A program made the translations under genes and the position numbers. The notes below the pieces were generated by a model, which was given only the letters and a program-made list of their open reading frames with translations, was not told the DNA's origin and ran no database searches. A DNA stretch of 64,000 bases from an uncultured Alphaproteobacteria bacterium (lineage in GTDB: Bacteria; Pseudomonadota; Alphaproteobacteria; Rs-D84): assembly GCA_934232895.1 (NCBI GenBank), contig CAKQGH010000002.1, positions 15,287-79,286 of the forward strand, read 5' to 3'. This document shows, piece after piece, positions 1 to 8,275 of the stretch (positions within the stretch are counted from its first letter, which is position 1; each line of letters starts with the position of its first letter).

Positions 1-26
1 GATTCAGTGCTCTGATTTTCACCATT

Positions 27-752
27 TTACAGAATCCGTGATTTTTTTAACAGGTTTATAATTTCGTTTTGTGTACGCAACATGCATGCCGACATGTATC
101 GTGTGTATGTTTTGTGGTCGCCGTTAGCATTGGCGGTGATGGCCTCGCGATATTTTGCCTTGTCCGTTGAATGATTGAATACGATTGGGCGGTATCCATT
201 TTGAATCAGTACCCAATTCATTATCAATCTGGCCGTGCGTTTGTTAAAGTCATCAAATGGTTGCAACGCAATCAAATCATAATGTATATTGAACGCGCGT
301 GACAAGGTGCATTCGTTGCTGTTGTTTAATTTGAATAAAATTTGATTTAATTGAAATGGTATTTCTGGGGCGTCTGGCGCATGCATGCGCTGGCCATTTA
401 CCGTGATTTCCAGTACTTTTCCGGTTTGCCTGTACCCCCCCCCATGGACGAATGTATCCGCGCACAGGATGCTGTGAATACGGCATATTTCCAATGCATC
501 AATGGTGGTGTTTGGGTTGCTGATTATATAGTCGTACGCCAGCCCCAAATTTTTCATACAATTGTAATCCAAATACGGTTCTTGGTCGCGGGCAGGTACA
601 TAAAACAATGTGCGTGGTTCGGTGTATGACAATTCATGGCGCAGCCAATTTACATTGTTCAGACGTTTGTGCGTGTCGGCCCCCGACAACATACAAGATA
701 TTGTCTGGCGATTTTGTTCAATATGCGTCTTTAATTTTGGCGTCTTTGTCAT
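27..752 (-). CDS. Fic/Doc-family protein with a non-canonical active-site motif (QPFDDFNKRTAR instead of HPFx[DE]GNGR / HxFx[DN][AG]NKR)
   Basis: 241 aa ORF. Fic-like core 'ICRIHSIL...GGGYRQTGKV' followed by 'LQPFDDFNKRTARLIMNWVLIQNGYRPIV'. Confidence 0.55.
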   Translation of the reverse strand: MTKTPKLKTHIEQNRQTISCMLSGADTHKRLNNVNWLRHELSYTEPRTLFYVPARDQEPYLDYNCMKNLGLAYDYIISNPNTTIDALEICRIHSILCADTFVHGGGYRQTGKVLEITVNGQRMHAPDAPEIPFQLNQILFKLNNSNECTLSRAFNIHYDLIALQPFDDFNKRTARLIMNWVLIQNGYRPIVFNHSTDKAKYREAITANANGDHKTYTRYMSACMLRTQNEIINLLKKSRIL

Positions 753-931
753 TTATTCTCGTCCCTGTGTTTGTATAAACATAATACATAAAATAAATTT
801 GTCAAGTATTTTGGGGCGTGTTGTATGGTGCAAAATATATTGGTTGAACCAAAAAATCGTGTTGCGGGGGACGGCTTTTTGTTCTATGGTTTGTGGTATA
901 AAAAATCGTGTAATTATACAAAGGAAAAGGA

Positions 932-2377
932 ATGTTAAAAAAACTGTTGATTTTGGTTGTGCTGGCATCACCAATGGCGGCCACGGCGGCGAACAAGCCA
1001 AAGAAAGAAGAACCCGTTGTACATCTGACCGATGAACAAATTTATGAACAGTTGAAAAAACTGGCACTGGTGTTTGAAACGGCGCGTTCGTCTTTTGTAG
1101 AAGAAGCCGACGAAAAGAAAATGTTAGAGGCGGCAATGAACGGGATGTTATCGGCATTGGACCCACATTCGTCGTATCTGTCGGCCGATGATTTCAAAGA
1201 ATTTAACGATAAATCGTATGGCGAATTTGGTGGGCTGGGCATTCAAATTACCAGTGACCGCGGCGCGGTGCGTGTAATTTCGCCAATTGACGATACGCCG
1301 GCCGCACGTGCCGGGATAAAGGCGGGCGATTACATTACCCATATTGATGGCGAACAGGTTTTTGATTTAACATTAAACCAGGCGGTTAAAAAAATGAAAG
1401 GCCGCCCGGGGACCAAGGTTAAATTGACCGTTGTGTCCGATGGCGCCGAACCACGCAACATCACACTGAAACGCGCAATTATCAAGGTTAAATCGGTAAA
1501 ATTCGAAGAAAAAACAATTGCCGATGCTGACGATGCGTCATCTGAAAAAATAGGATATATTCGTATATCTGATTTTGGTGCAACCACGGCCAAGGAATTA
1601 AAGAACGCAATTGAAAAATTGGAAAAGAAAAATGTAATTGGATATGTGTTGGATGTTCGCAACAATCCCGGTGGGTATCTGACCGCCGCGATAGAGGTTG
1701 CCGACGCGTTCCTGGACAGTGGTGAAATCGTGTCCACACGCGGCAAGGCGAAAACGGACATTGAACGCAGTTTCGCGCATCCTGGCGATATGACAAATGG
1801 CAAACCGGTTGTTGTGCTGATAAACCATGGGTCGGCGTCGGCATCGGAAATTGTCGCGGGCGCATTACAGGATAACGGTCGTGGTCTGGTTATGGGATCG
1901 CAAAGTTTTGGCAAGGGCAGTGTGCAACAGCAAAAGCCCCTGGGCGATGGCACTGCAATTCATATTACAATCGCGCGCTATTACACCCCCAGTGGTCGTT
2001 CGATTCAGAACGAGGGCATCACCCCCGATGTCGAGGTTCTGCAAAGCAAAATCGAAACAATAGAACGCAAAGAAAGCCTGTATTCCGAGGCATCATTCAA
2101 AAATGCACTGAAAAACGAAAGTGCCAAGAAAAAAGCCGATAAGAAATCAGACGATGACGATGCGCCGGAATTGACCGATGCGGAAAAAGATGCATTGGAT
2201 TATCAATTGCAACGCGGTATGGATATGGTGCGCGCAATGTCTAAATTGCAATCGCGCACGCCGGCGTGCGGTATCACCCCGGAACAAGAGGCCGAAGTTG
2301 CTGTCGTTATGGCAGATGACGCCCCAGCGGCCAAACCCGAAAAATCCAAGAAATCAGATTCAAAGAAAAAGAAATAA
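932..2377 (+). CDS. ctpA: carboxyl-terminal processing protease (S41 peptidase) with a Lys-rich C-terminal tail
   Basis: Signal peptide, PDZ region, S41 core 'GSASASEIVAGALQDNGRGLVMGSQSFGKGSVQ'. RBS aaaggaaaagg upstream of ATG. Confidence 0.85.
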   Translation: MLKKLLILVVLASPMAATAANKPKKEEPVVHLTDEQIYEQLKKLALVFETARSSFVEEADEKKMLEAAMNGMLSALDPHSSYLSADDFKEFNDKSYGEFGGLGIQITSDRGAVRVISPIDDTPAARAGIKAGDYITHIDGEQVFDLTLNQAVKKMKGRPGTKVKLTVVSDGAEPRNITLKRAIIKVKSVKFEEKTIADADDASSEKIGYIRISDFGATTAKELKNAIEKLEKKNVIGYVLDVRNNPGGYLTAAIEVADAFLDSGEIVSTRGKAKTDIERSFAHPGDMTNGKPVVVLINHGSASASEIVAGALQDNGRGLVMGSQSFGKGSVQQQKPLGDGTAIHITIARYYTPSGRSIQNEGITPDVEVLQSKIETIERKESLYSEASFKNALKNESAKKKADKKSDDDDAPELTDAEKDALDYQLQRGMDMVRAMSKLQSRTPACGITPEQEAEVAVVMADDAPAAKPEKSKKSDSKKKK

Positions 2378-2402
2378 TACACAGTACAAGGGACATGGAA
2401 TT

Positions 2403-5400
2403 ATGGCAAATTTAATTGTTGATGGAAACTGGGCAGCGGCGGATGTCGCATACAGATGTGTTGATTTCGCGGCGATTTATCCCATTACCCCCAGCAGCAC
2501 CATGGGCGAATTGGCGGATGAATGGTCGTTCCAGCATAAGAAAAATATCTGGGGCGCAATTCCGCAAATAATTGAAATGCAATCCGAAGGCGGCGCGGCC
2601 GGTGCAATGCACGGTGCGCTGCAAATGGGGGCATTGGCCACAACATTTACCGCATCCCAGGGTTTGTTGCTGATGATTCCGAATATGTACAAAATTGCCG
2701 GTGAACAAACGCCGTTTGTTATGCATGTGGCGGCACGTGCGTTGGCCACGCATGCGTTGTCAATCTTTGGTGATCACAGCGATGTTATGTCCGTACGCAG
2801 CACGGGTTTTGCATTATTGGCCAGTCATAATGTACAACAGGCGTCTGATATGGCGGCGATTGCGCATGCGGCAACATTGCGGTCGCGCGTGCCGTTCTTG
2901 CATTTCTTTGATGGGTTCCGCACCAGCCACGAAGAATCGCGTCTGGACAGAATCAGCGACGATGTTTTGCGTGAAATGTTGCCGGATGATTTGGTGTTGA
3001 AAAATCATGCGCGCGGAATGTCACCGGAGCACCCAACAATTCGCGGTACCGCACAAAACCCCGATGTATATTTCCAGGGACGCGAGGCCGCTAACCCACT
3101 GTACGTCGCAACCCCCGGTATAGTCCAGGAATGTATGGATAAATTTGCCAAACTGACGGGGCGGCAATATCACCTGGTCGACTATGTCGGTGACCCGGCG
3201 GCCGAAAATGTTATTGTTGCCATGGGCAGTGCATGCGAAACAATCGAAGAAACATTGGAATTTTTGCCCCGTGGTTTGGGCCTGATAAAAATCCATTTGT
3301 ACCGTCCATTCCCGGTTGATGCATTTCGTGCGGCGTTGCCAAAAACGGTTCGGCGCATTGCGGTTTTGGACCGAACCAAGGAACCAGGTGCCATTGGTGA
3401 ACCGTTGTACCAAGATGTTAAAACCGTTGTTGGTGATACGGCGGCGGTGTTCGGTGGCCGATATGGTTTGGGGTCCAAGGAATTCAAACCCCGCGATGTC
3501 AAGGCCGTGTATGAAAACCTGATGCGTGATACATTGCATCACAATTTCACCGTTGGCATTGACGATGATTTGTCGGGGCTGTCGCTGAAAACGGACCCGG
3601 CGTTCGCGGTCCAGGCGGAAAATTTCAAGACCGCAATTTTGTACGGTATTGGTTCGGACGGAACGGTTGGCGCGGTTAAAAACATTGTAAAAATTGTTGG
3701 TGAAAATTCTGATTTATACCCGCAATCGTATGCGGTATATGATTCAAAAAAATCTGGGGGACTGACCGCGTCGCACATTCGTTTTTCGGATGCCCCGATT
3801 AAAAGCCAATATTTGATAGAGGTTGCCGATTTCATCAGCGTATCGAATTTTATGATAGCCCAGCGTTTTGATGTATTCCGTGGCCTGCGTGCCGGCGGAA
3901 CGGTTATGATAAATACATCTATGGCACCCGATGTGGCATTTGCGAATCTGCCGCGGGAAACCCAGGAACATTTGATTCGTATGCGTGCGAATGTATATTT
4001 CTTGGATGCAAATGGCGCCGCCGCCGAATTGGGTTTGGGAAACCGCATCAACACATTTATTATGCTGAATTTCTTTAACCTGACCCAAATTATTGATCCG
4101 GCGGTTGCGGCAGAGGCAGCCAAGGTTGCAATTGAAAAAACATACAAGAAAAAAGGTATGGATGTTGTCCAGGCGAATTGGACCGCGGTTGATCGGGCGG
4201 CTGAATATTTACACCGGTACACATTGCCGTCGTCTGTATCGAATTTTGCACCTGATTTTGTGCCATCTATGACGGCGGATGCGCCGGCGAAAATTGCGGG
4301 CACATTGGGTGAAATGGCCGCCCAACGCGGCGATGCAATACCTGTGTCGCGTTTCCGTGTTGATGGTGAATTTGGTGGCGGTCAATACCCGGTTGGTACA
4401 TCAAAATATGAAAAACGTTCCATTTCCGAACGCGTTGCAACATGCGATTTGGAAAAATGTGTCCAGTGTGGGCGGTGTTCTATGCTGTGCCCACATGCGG
4501 CCATTCGTATTCGCGCATTGACCGCGGACCAGGTGGACGCCGCGCGCGCGTCTGGCGTTACGGTTGTGCCGATGAAAACACCAGAACTGGGCCCCAATAT
4601 GTATTACACATTGGCCATATCCCCGGCCGATTGCACGGGGTGTGGCGTGTGTGTGAAAAATTGTCCGGTGGCGGCATTGGCAATGAAAAACGCGCGTGAT
4701 GCGGCGGCGGAAAATCAACGCGCATTTGATGCGGTTGTGAAATTGCCGGACACACCACGCGAAAAACTGAACCTGAATATTCCAAAGCACGTTGAATTAT
4801 TGCCGCATTATTTTGAATTCCCGGGCGCATGCGCGGGGTGTGGCGAAACACCATACATTAAATTGATGTCGCATTTATTTGGCGACCGTATGGTGGTGGC
4901 GAACGCAACGGGGTGCTCGTCAATCTATGGGGCGAATTTGCCGACAACGCCATGGACGCGCGACGCGAATGGTCGCGGGCCGGCGTGGTCTAATTCGCTG
5001 TTCGAAGACAACGCGGAATATGGGTTGGGTATGCGTTTGGCATTGAACCAGCAACGCGACACCTTGCGTGGAATGCTGTTTGAATTAAATGTTCCAAATG
5101 TTGATGCATTGTTTGCCGAAACAGATGTCGCGGCCCAGCGGAAGAATGTTGAAATGTTGCGCGCGCGCCTGGCAAACGATAAAAATCCGCGTGCCCGTAT
5201 GGCGGAACCGTTGTTGGATGCGTTGGTTGATAAATCTGTATGGATTGTCGGCGGTGATGGTTGGGCATACGATATTGGTTATGGGGGGCTGGACCACATT
5301 TTGCACAGTGGTGAAAATGTAAACATATTGGTTCTGGATACCGAGGGATATTCCAACACCGGTGGCCAGCAATCAAAATCAACACCTTTCGGCGCCAGTA

Positions 5401-5915
5401 TGAAATTTGCCATTGGTGGCAAAGAGCACGCGAAGAAAGACCTGGGAATGATTGCAATGATGTCGGGCGCGTATGTCGCGCAGATTGCGTTGGGGGCCAA
5501 CCCGGCCCAGGCCATACGCGCTTTTCGCGAGGCCGAAAGTTTCCCGGGCCCATCAATTATATTGGCGTATGCGCCGTGTATCGCACATGGTTTTGCATTA
5601 CAAAATGGCGTGCAACACCAAACACAATTGGTGCAGACGGGCGCGTGGCCACTGTATCGGTTTAACCCAACATTAATCGAGCAGGGGCAAAACCCACTGT
5701 CGTTGGATTCCAGTATTGACAATCCAACCCCGTTGGAAGATTTCTTGAAAACCGAAAGTCGTTTTGGTGCGGCGCGTGCGGCGAACCCGAATTTTGACCG
5801 TCTGGTCGAATTTGCCAAGGAAAACAACCGCTATAAAAGCGAGCTGAAAAAATACATTGCGCATTTTGCGCTGATGAATGCCAAAAACGGTGTCAAAGAA
5901 AATGGCGAGGGATAA
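2403..5915 (+). CDS. nifJ: pyruvate:ferredoxin (flavodoxin) oxidoreductase, single-chain PFOR
   Basis: ~1170 aa. Two 4Fe-4S CxxCxxCxxxCP motifs ('CVQCGRCSMLCP', 'CTGCGVCVKNCP') and TPP-binding 'GGDGWAYDIGYGG'. Start set at internal ATG 2403 (MANLIVDGNW); the upstream extension of the ORF track overlaps ctpA and is rejected. Confidence 0.9.
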   Translation: MANLIVDGNWAAADVAYRCVDFAAIYPITPSSTMGELADEWSFQHKKNIWGAIPQIIEMQSEGGAAGAMHGALQMGALATTFTASQGLLLMIPNMYKIAGEQTPFVMHVAARALATHALSIFGDHSDVMSVRSTGFALLASHNVQQASDMAAIAHAATLRSRVPFLHFFDGFRTSHEESRLDRISDDVLREMLPDDLVLKNHARGMSPEHPTIRGTAQNPDVYFQGREAANPLYVATPGIVQECMDKFAKLTGRQYHLVDYVGDPAAENVIVAMGSACETIEETLEFLPRGLGLIKIHLYRPFPVDAFRAALPKTVRRIAVLDRTKEPGAIGEPLYQDVKTVVGDTAAVFGGRYGLGSKEFKPRDVKAVYENLMRDTLHHNFTVGIDDDLSGLSLKTDPAFAVQAENFKTAILYGIGSDGTVGAVKNIVKIVGENSDLYPQSYAVYDSKKSGGLTASHIRFSDAPIKSQYLIEVADFISVSNFMIAQRFDVFRGLRAGGTVMINTSMAPDVAFANLPRETQEHLIRMRANVYFLDANGAAAELGLGNRINTFIMLNFFNLTQIIDPAVAAEAAKVAIEKTYKKKGMDVVQANWTAVDRAAEYLHRYTLPSSVSNFAPDFVPSMTADAPAKIAGTLGEMAAQRGDAIPVSRFRVDGEFGGGQYPVGTSKYEKRSISERVATCDLEKCVQCGRCSMLCPHAAIRIRALTADQVDAARASGVTVVPMKTPELGPNMYYTLAISPADCTGCGVCVKNCPVAALAMKNARDAAAENQRAFDAVVKLPDTPREKLNLNIPKHVELLPHYFEFPGACAGCGETPYIKLMSHLFGDRMVVANATGCSSIYGANLPTTPWTRDANGRGPAWSNSLFEDNAEYGLGMRLALNQQRDTLRGMLFELNVPNVDALFAETDVAAQRKNVEMLRARLANDKNPRARMAEPLLDALVDKSVWIVGGDGWAYDIGYGGLDHILHSGENVNILVLDTEGYSNTGGQQSKSTPFGASMKFAIGGKEHAKKDLGMIAMMSGAYVAQIALGANPAQAIRAFREAESFPGPSIILAYAPCIAHGFALQNGVQHQTQLVQTGAWPLYRFNPTLIEQGQNPLSLDSSIDNPTPLEDFLKTESRFGAARAANPNFDRLVEFAKENNRYKSELKKYIAHFALMNAKNGVKENGEG

Positions 5916-5919
5916 AACC

Positions 5920-6354
5920 ATGAAAAAAATTATACTAACCATATTGTCCTGTGCGGCGTTGGCCGCGTGCACATTCCAGACGAAACATCGCGGATATGTT
6001 TTCCCCGATGATTTGGATGCGCGAATTGCAAATGTGAAAACAACCAAACAATTACAGGATGAAATTGGCGCGCCGTTGACCAAGACTATCCATGGGGACA
6101 CCGTGTGGATTTATTACGGGGCCGATGAAAACTATCGTGGGCCGTTGCCAAAAACATACGATAATAAAACGGTGTTGTTGGCGTGGGTGAACGGAAATCG
6201 GGTGACAAAAACGCAAATATTGCGCGATGACGATTTGCCAAATGTATTTGTTGCCGATGGCGAAACGGAAATTCCGGCGGCGATTGAATTGAACGCAATC
6301 CAAGAATTGTTTAACAATATTGGGCGGTTTACGCCGGCCGGATTGGGACAATAA
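5920..6354 (+). CDS. bamE: outer membrane protein assembly factor BamE-like lipoprotein (SmpA/OmlA domain)
   Basis: Lipobox 'LAAC' after signal peptide. SmpA_OmlA-like core with 'VWIYYG' motif. Confidence 0.55.
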   Translation: MKKIILTILSCAALAACTFQTKHRGYVFPDDLDARIANVKTTKQLQDEIGAPLTKTIHGDTVWIYYGADENYRGPLPKTYDNKTVLLAWVNGNRVTKTQILRDDDLPNVFVADGETEIPAAIELNAIQELFNNIGRFTPAGLGQ

Positions 6355-6411
6355 AAAGCATTTGGATTTTTTGCATAAATTGTGTACAATATAGACCAAG
6401 AGAGAAACAAT

Positions 6412-6951
6412 ATGAAAAAACTGATAAGTTCTTTGGTTATTTGTATGTGTGCGTTTGGTGCGGCGAATGCGGCCGAATTTACATCGTGTGGCGCGGGCTA
6501 TGTGTTGGCGCCCCATGCCCAGATTGATGGTATAAACGCGGCCGAATGTCAAAAATTGTGGTGCCGTGATTTGGAAACGGGCAAAACGATGGGCAATGGA
6601 AATACCGCGAATACCGGGTATGTTGATACACCAATTCCGAATCAGATATGCGATGCATCGGGCGCATGTATTGATTGTTTCGGCGCACGCAAATGGTGCG
6701 CGGGCGAACCGTCGGGCGAATGGAACGCAGAATATGGCGCGTATACGCGTGGTGGTGCCGATAATGCAACATTCCAATCGTATCAAAAGGGCACTTGTTT
6801 CGCATGGCGCTTGGAAAAGCCTGATTGTCCGAATGGCCAGTCCGCCATATTGCAAAACGACGAATGGGTATGCGTCACCGCCGCCGACACCACCACGGGC
6901 AGTCGCGCGTCTGGCGTGCGCCGCACCAGTGGAATGCGTCGTTTGAACTAG
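6412..6951 (+). CDS. secreted cysteine-rich protein (small member of the Cys-rich family)
   Basis: Signal peptide MKKLISSLVICMCAFGAANA; 13 Cys; RBS gagag upstream. Confidence 0.5.
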   Translation: MKKLISSLVICMCAFGAANAAEFTSCGAGYVLAPHAQIDGINAAECQKLWCRDLETGKTMGNGNTANTGYVDTPIPNQICDASGACIDCFGARKWCAGEPSGEWNAEYGAYTRGGADNATFQSYQKGTCFAWRLEKPDCPNGQSAILQNDEWVCVTAADTTTGSRASGVRRTSGMRRLN

Positions 6952-6968
6952 GATAAAATATCGCCCCC

Positions 6969-6998
6969 GGGTTCCGGGGGATTTTTTTTAGTCAACTA
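6969..6998 (+). terminator. rho-independent terminator (cccccgggttccggggg + T-tract)
   Basis: GC hairpin followed by tttttttt after the stop of the 6412 gene. Confidence 0.5.
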
Positions 6999-7069
6999 TT
7001 TGTTTTTTATGTTTTTTGTGCTATAATATGTGTGTTGAGAGAATGGCAACCGCAAAGGGTAAAGTAATT

Positions 7070-7636
7070 ATGCCAAGCAAAAAATTAGATTTTAAGACCG
7101 GACAATATGTTGTTTATCCAACCCAGGGCGTTGGTAAACTGGTCCGCACCGAAGAGCAAACAATCGGTGACCAGAAAATAAAGATGCTGGTAATTGATTT
7201 TGAGCGAAACCACATGACATTGCGTGTGCCGGTTGAACGTGCCGAGATTTCTGGGCTGCGCCCACTGACCACCGCCAAAAAAATGGACGAGGCAATCGCA
7301 TCGGCCAAGGGCAAGGCCGGCGCAAAGCGTATGATTTGGGCGCGTCGTGCGGCACAGTACGAGGAAAACATAAATTCCGGCGACCCCATGAAATTGGCCG
7401 AGGTTGTACGCGACCTGCAACGGCGCAGTGCGGCGGACACAATGACATTTTCGGCGCGTCAATTGTATCTGCGCGCGTTGGAACGTATGGCCCAGGAATT
7501 TGCCGTTCTGCATAAAATCGATTTGGATGCCGCGTCCGATAAAATAGAAGACATCTTGGGCATTCCCAAGGAAATAGACCTGAACGCCGCCGGTGTTGAT
7601 GACGACGACGAAATGGATGACGAAGATTCCGAATAA
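7070..7636 (+). CDS. CarD/CdnL-family transcriptional regulator (RNAP-interacting)
   Basis: N-terminal 'FKTGQYVVYPTQGVGKLVR' CarD_TRCF domain; acidic C-terminal tail. Alternative start ATG 7043. Confidence 0.75.
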   Translation: MPSKKLDFKTGQYVVYPTQGVGKLVRTEEQTIGDQKIKMLVIDFERNHMTLRVPVERAEISGLRPLTTAKKMDEAIASAKGKAGAKRMIWARRAAQYEENINSGDPMKLAEVVRDLQRRSAADTMTFSARQLYLRALERMAQEFAVLHKIDLDAASDKIEDILGIPKEIDLNAAGVDDDDEMDDEDSE

Positions 7637-7662
7637 AAACCGCCCCACGGGGCGGTTTTTAA
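7637..7662 (+). terminator. rho-independent terminator
   Basis: aaaaccgccccacggggcggttttt immediately after the stop. Confidence 0.7.
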
Positions 7663-8095
7663 TTAGAGAGCAAAGAGCAATGAGCAGAGAGCAATGAAAT
7701 CCTCTTCACTGGGCGAAGGGGTGTCCGCGCAAGCGGACGGGGTAGTGGTAAATATGTCCCCGCAGGGCAATGGTGACCCTCCTGCGCGGGGATGACAATT
7801 CTTTTTATGTGCTGTGTTCTGTATCTTCGTCGCTGACTAAGTTCTCCTCCTGTGGAGGAGTACCGCGTAGCGGGGTGGTCTTGAGAGTGCGCAAAGTTGT
7901 ACAAAGTTTCAAAAAACGACTACCCCGCCGGGCATATGCCCGGCACCCCTTCTGGCCATAAGGGGATTTAATTGCGTATCCCTGTTGTGGTCTAAATTCC
8001 CCTTCGCTGGCGAAGGGGTGGACGCGTAGCGGACGGGGTAGTGGTAAACAAGTCCCCGCAGGGACAAATAAAAAAACTCCATAAAAATCCCCGCA
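7663..8095. repeat. cluster of RPE-like short palindromic repeat units
   Basis: Units recurring elsewhere in the window: 'ccccttcgctggcgaaggggtg' (x2), 'gacggggtagtggtaaa' (x2), 'gtccccgcaggga' (x2), 'ctcctcctgtggaggag...gggtggtcttgagagtgc', and AGAGCAR heptamers after the stop. Confidence 0.8.
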
Positions 8096-8130
8096 ATGCC
8101 GCGGTGGGTGTGGCGCGGCGTAAAAAAAGA

Positions 8131-8247
8131 AGTGCCGAAAAAAACGGTGGGTTTTTTACGGCACTTTTATACGGAAATTATACCCAGAAATCCGCCAGTT
8201 GGTCAAGTGGTATTTATTGCGCAAAAAACCACCGTTTTTTTCGGCAA
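8131..8247 (+). promoter_or_regulatory. conserved attenuator-like 5' leader of Cys-rich protein gene (copy A)
   Basis: 'agtgccgaaaaaaacggtgg...cggcacttttat' hairpin+U-tract, then distal 'aaaccaccgtttttttcggcaa' that can alternatively pair with the 5' arm. Near-identical copy at 57997-58117 in the same position relative to another family member. Confidence 0.6.
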
Positions 8248-8275
8248 AGAACATAGCACCCACAGGGGGAATGAA

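Noticed and set aside
753-1166. 137-aa minus-strand ORF between the Fic gene and ctpA
   Set aside because: It overlaps the ctpA start region and promoter and has no RBS or motif. It is likely spurious.
2178-2402. N-terminal 75-aa extension of the PFOR ORF in the track (MRKKMHWIINCN...)
   Set aside because: It overlaps the 3' end of ctpA in another frame and has no RBS. The conserved PFOR N-terminus starts at ATG 2403.
8096-8275. Upstream extension of the Cys-rich gene ORF (MPRWVWRGVKKEVPKK...)
   Set aside because: It runs through the conserved leader/hairpin element. The signal peptide and RBS are at ATG 8276.
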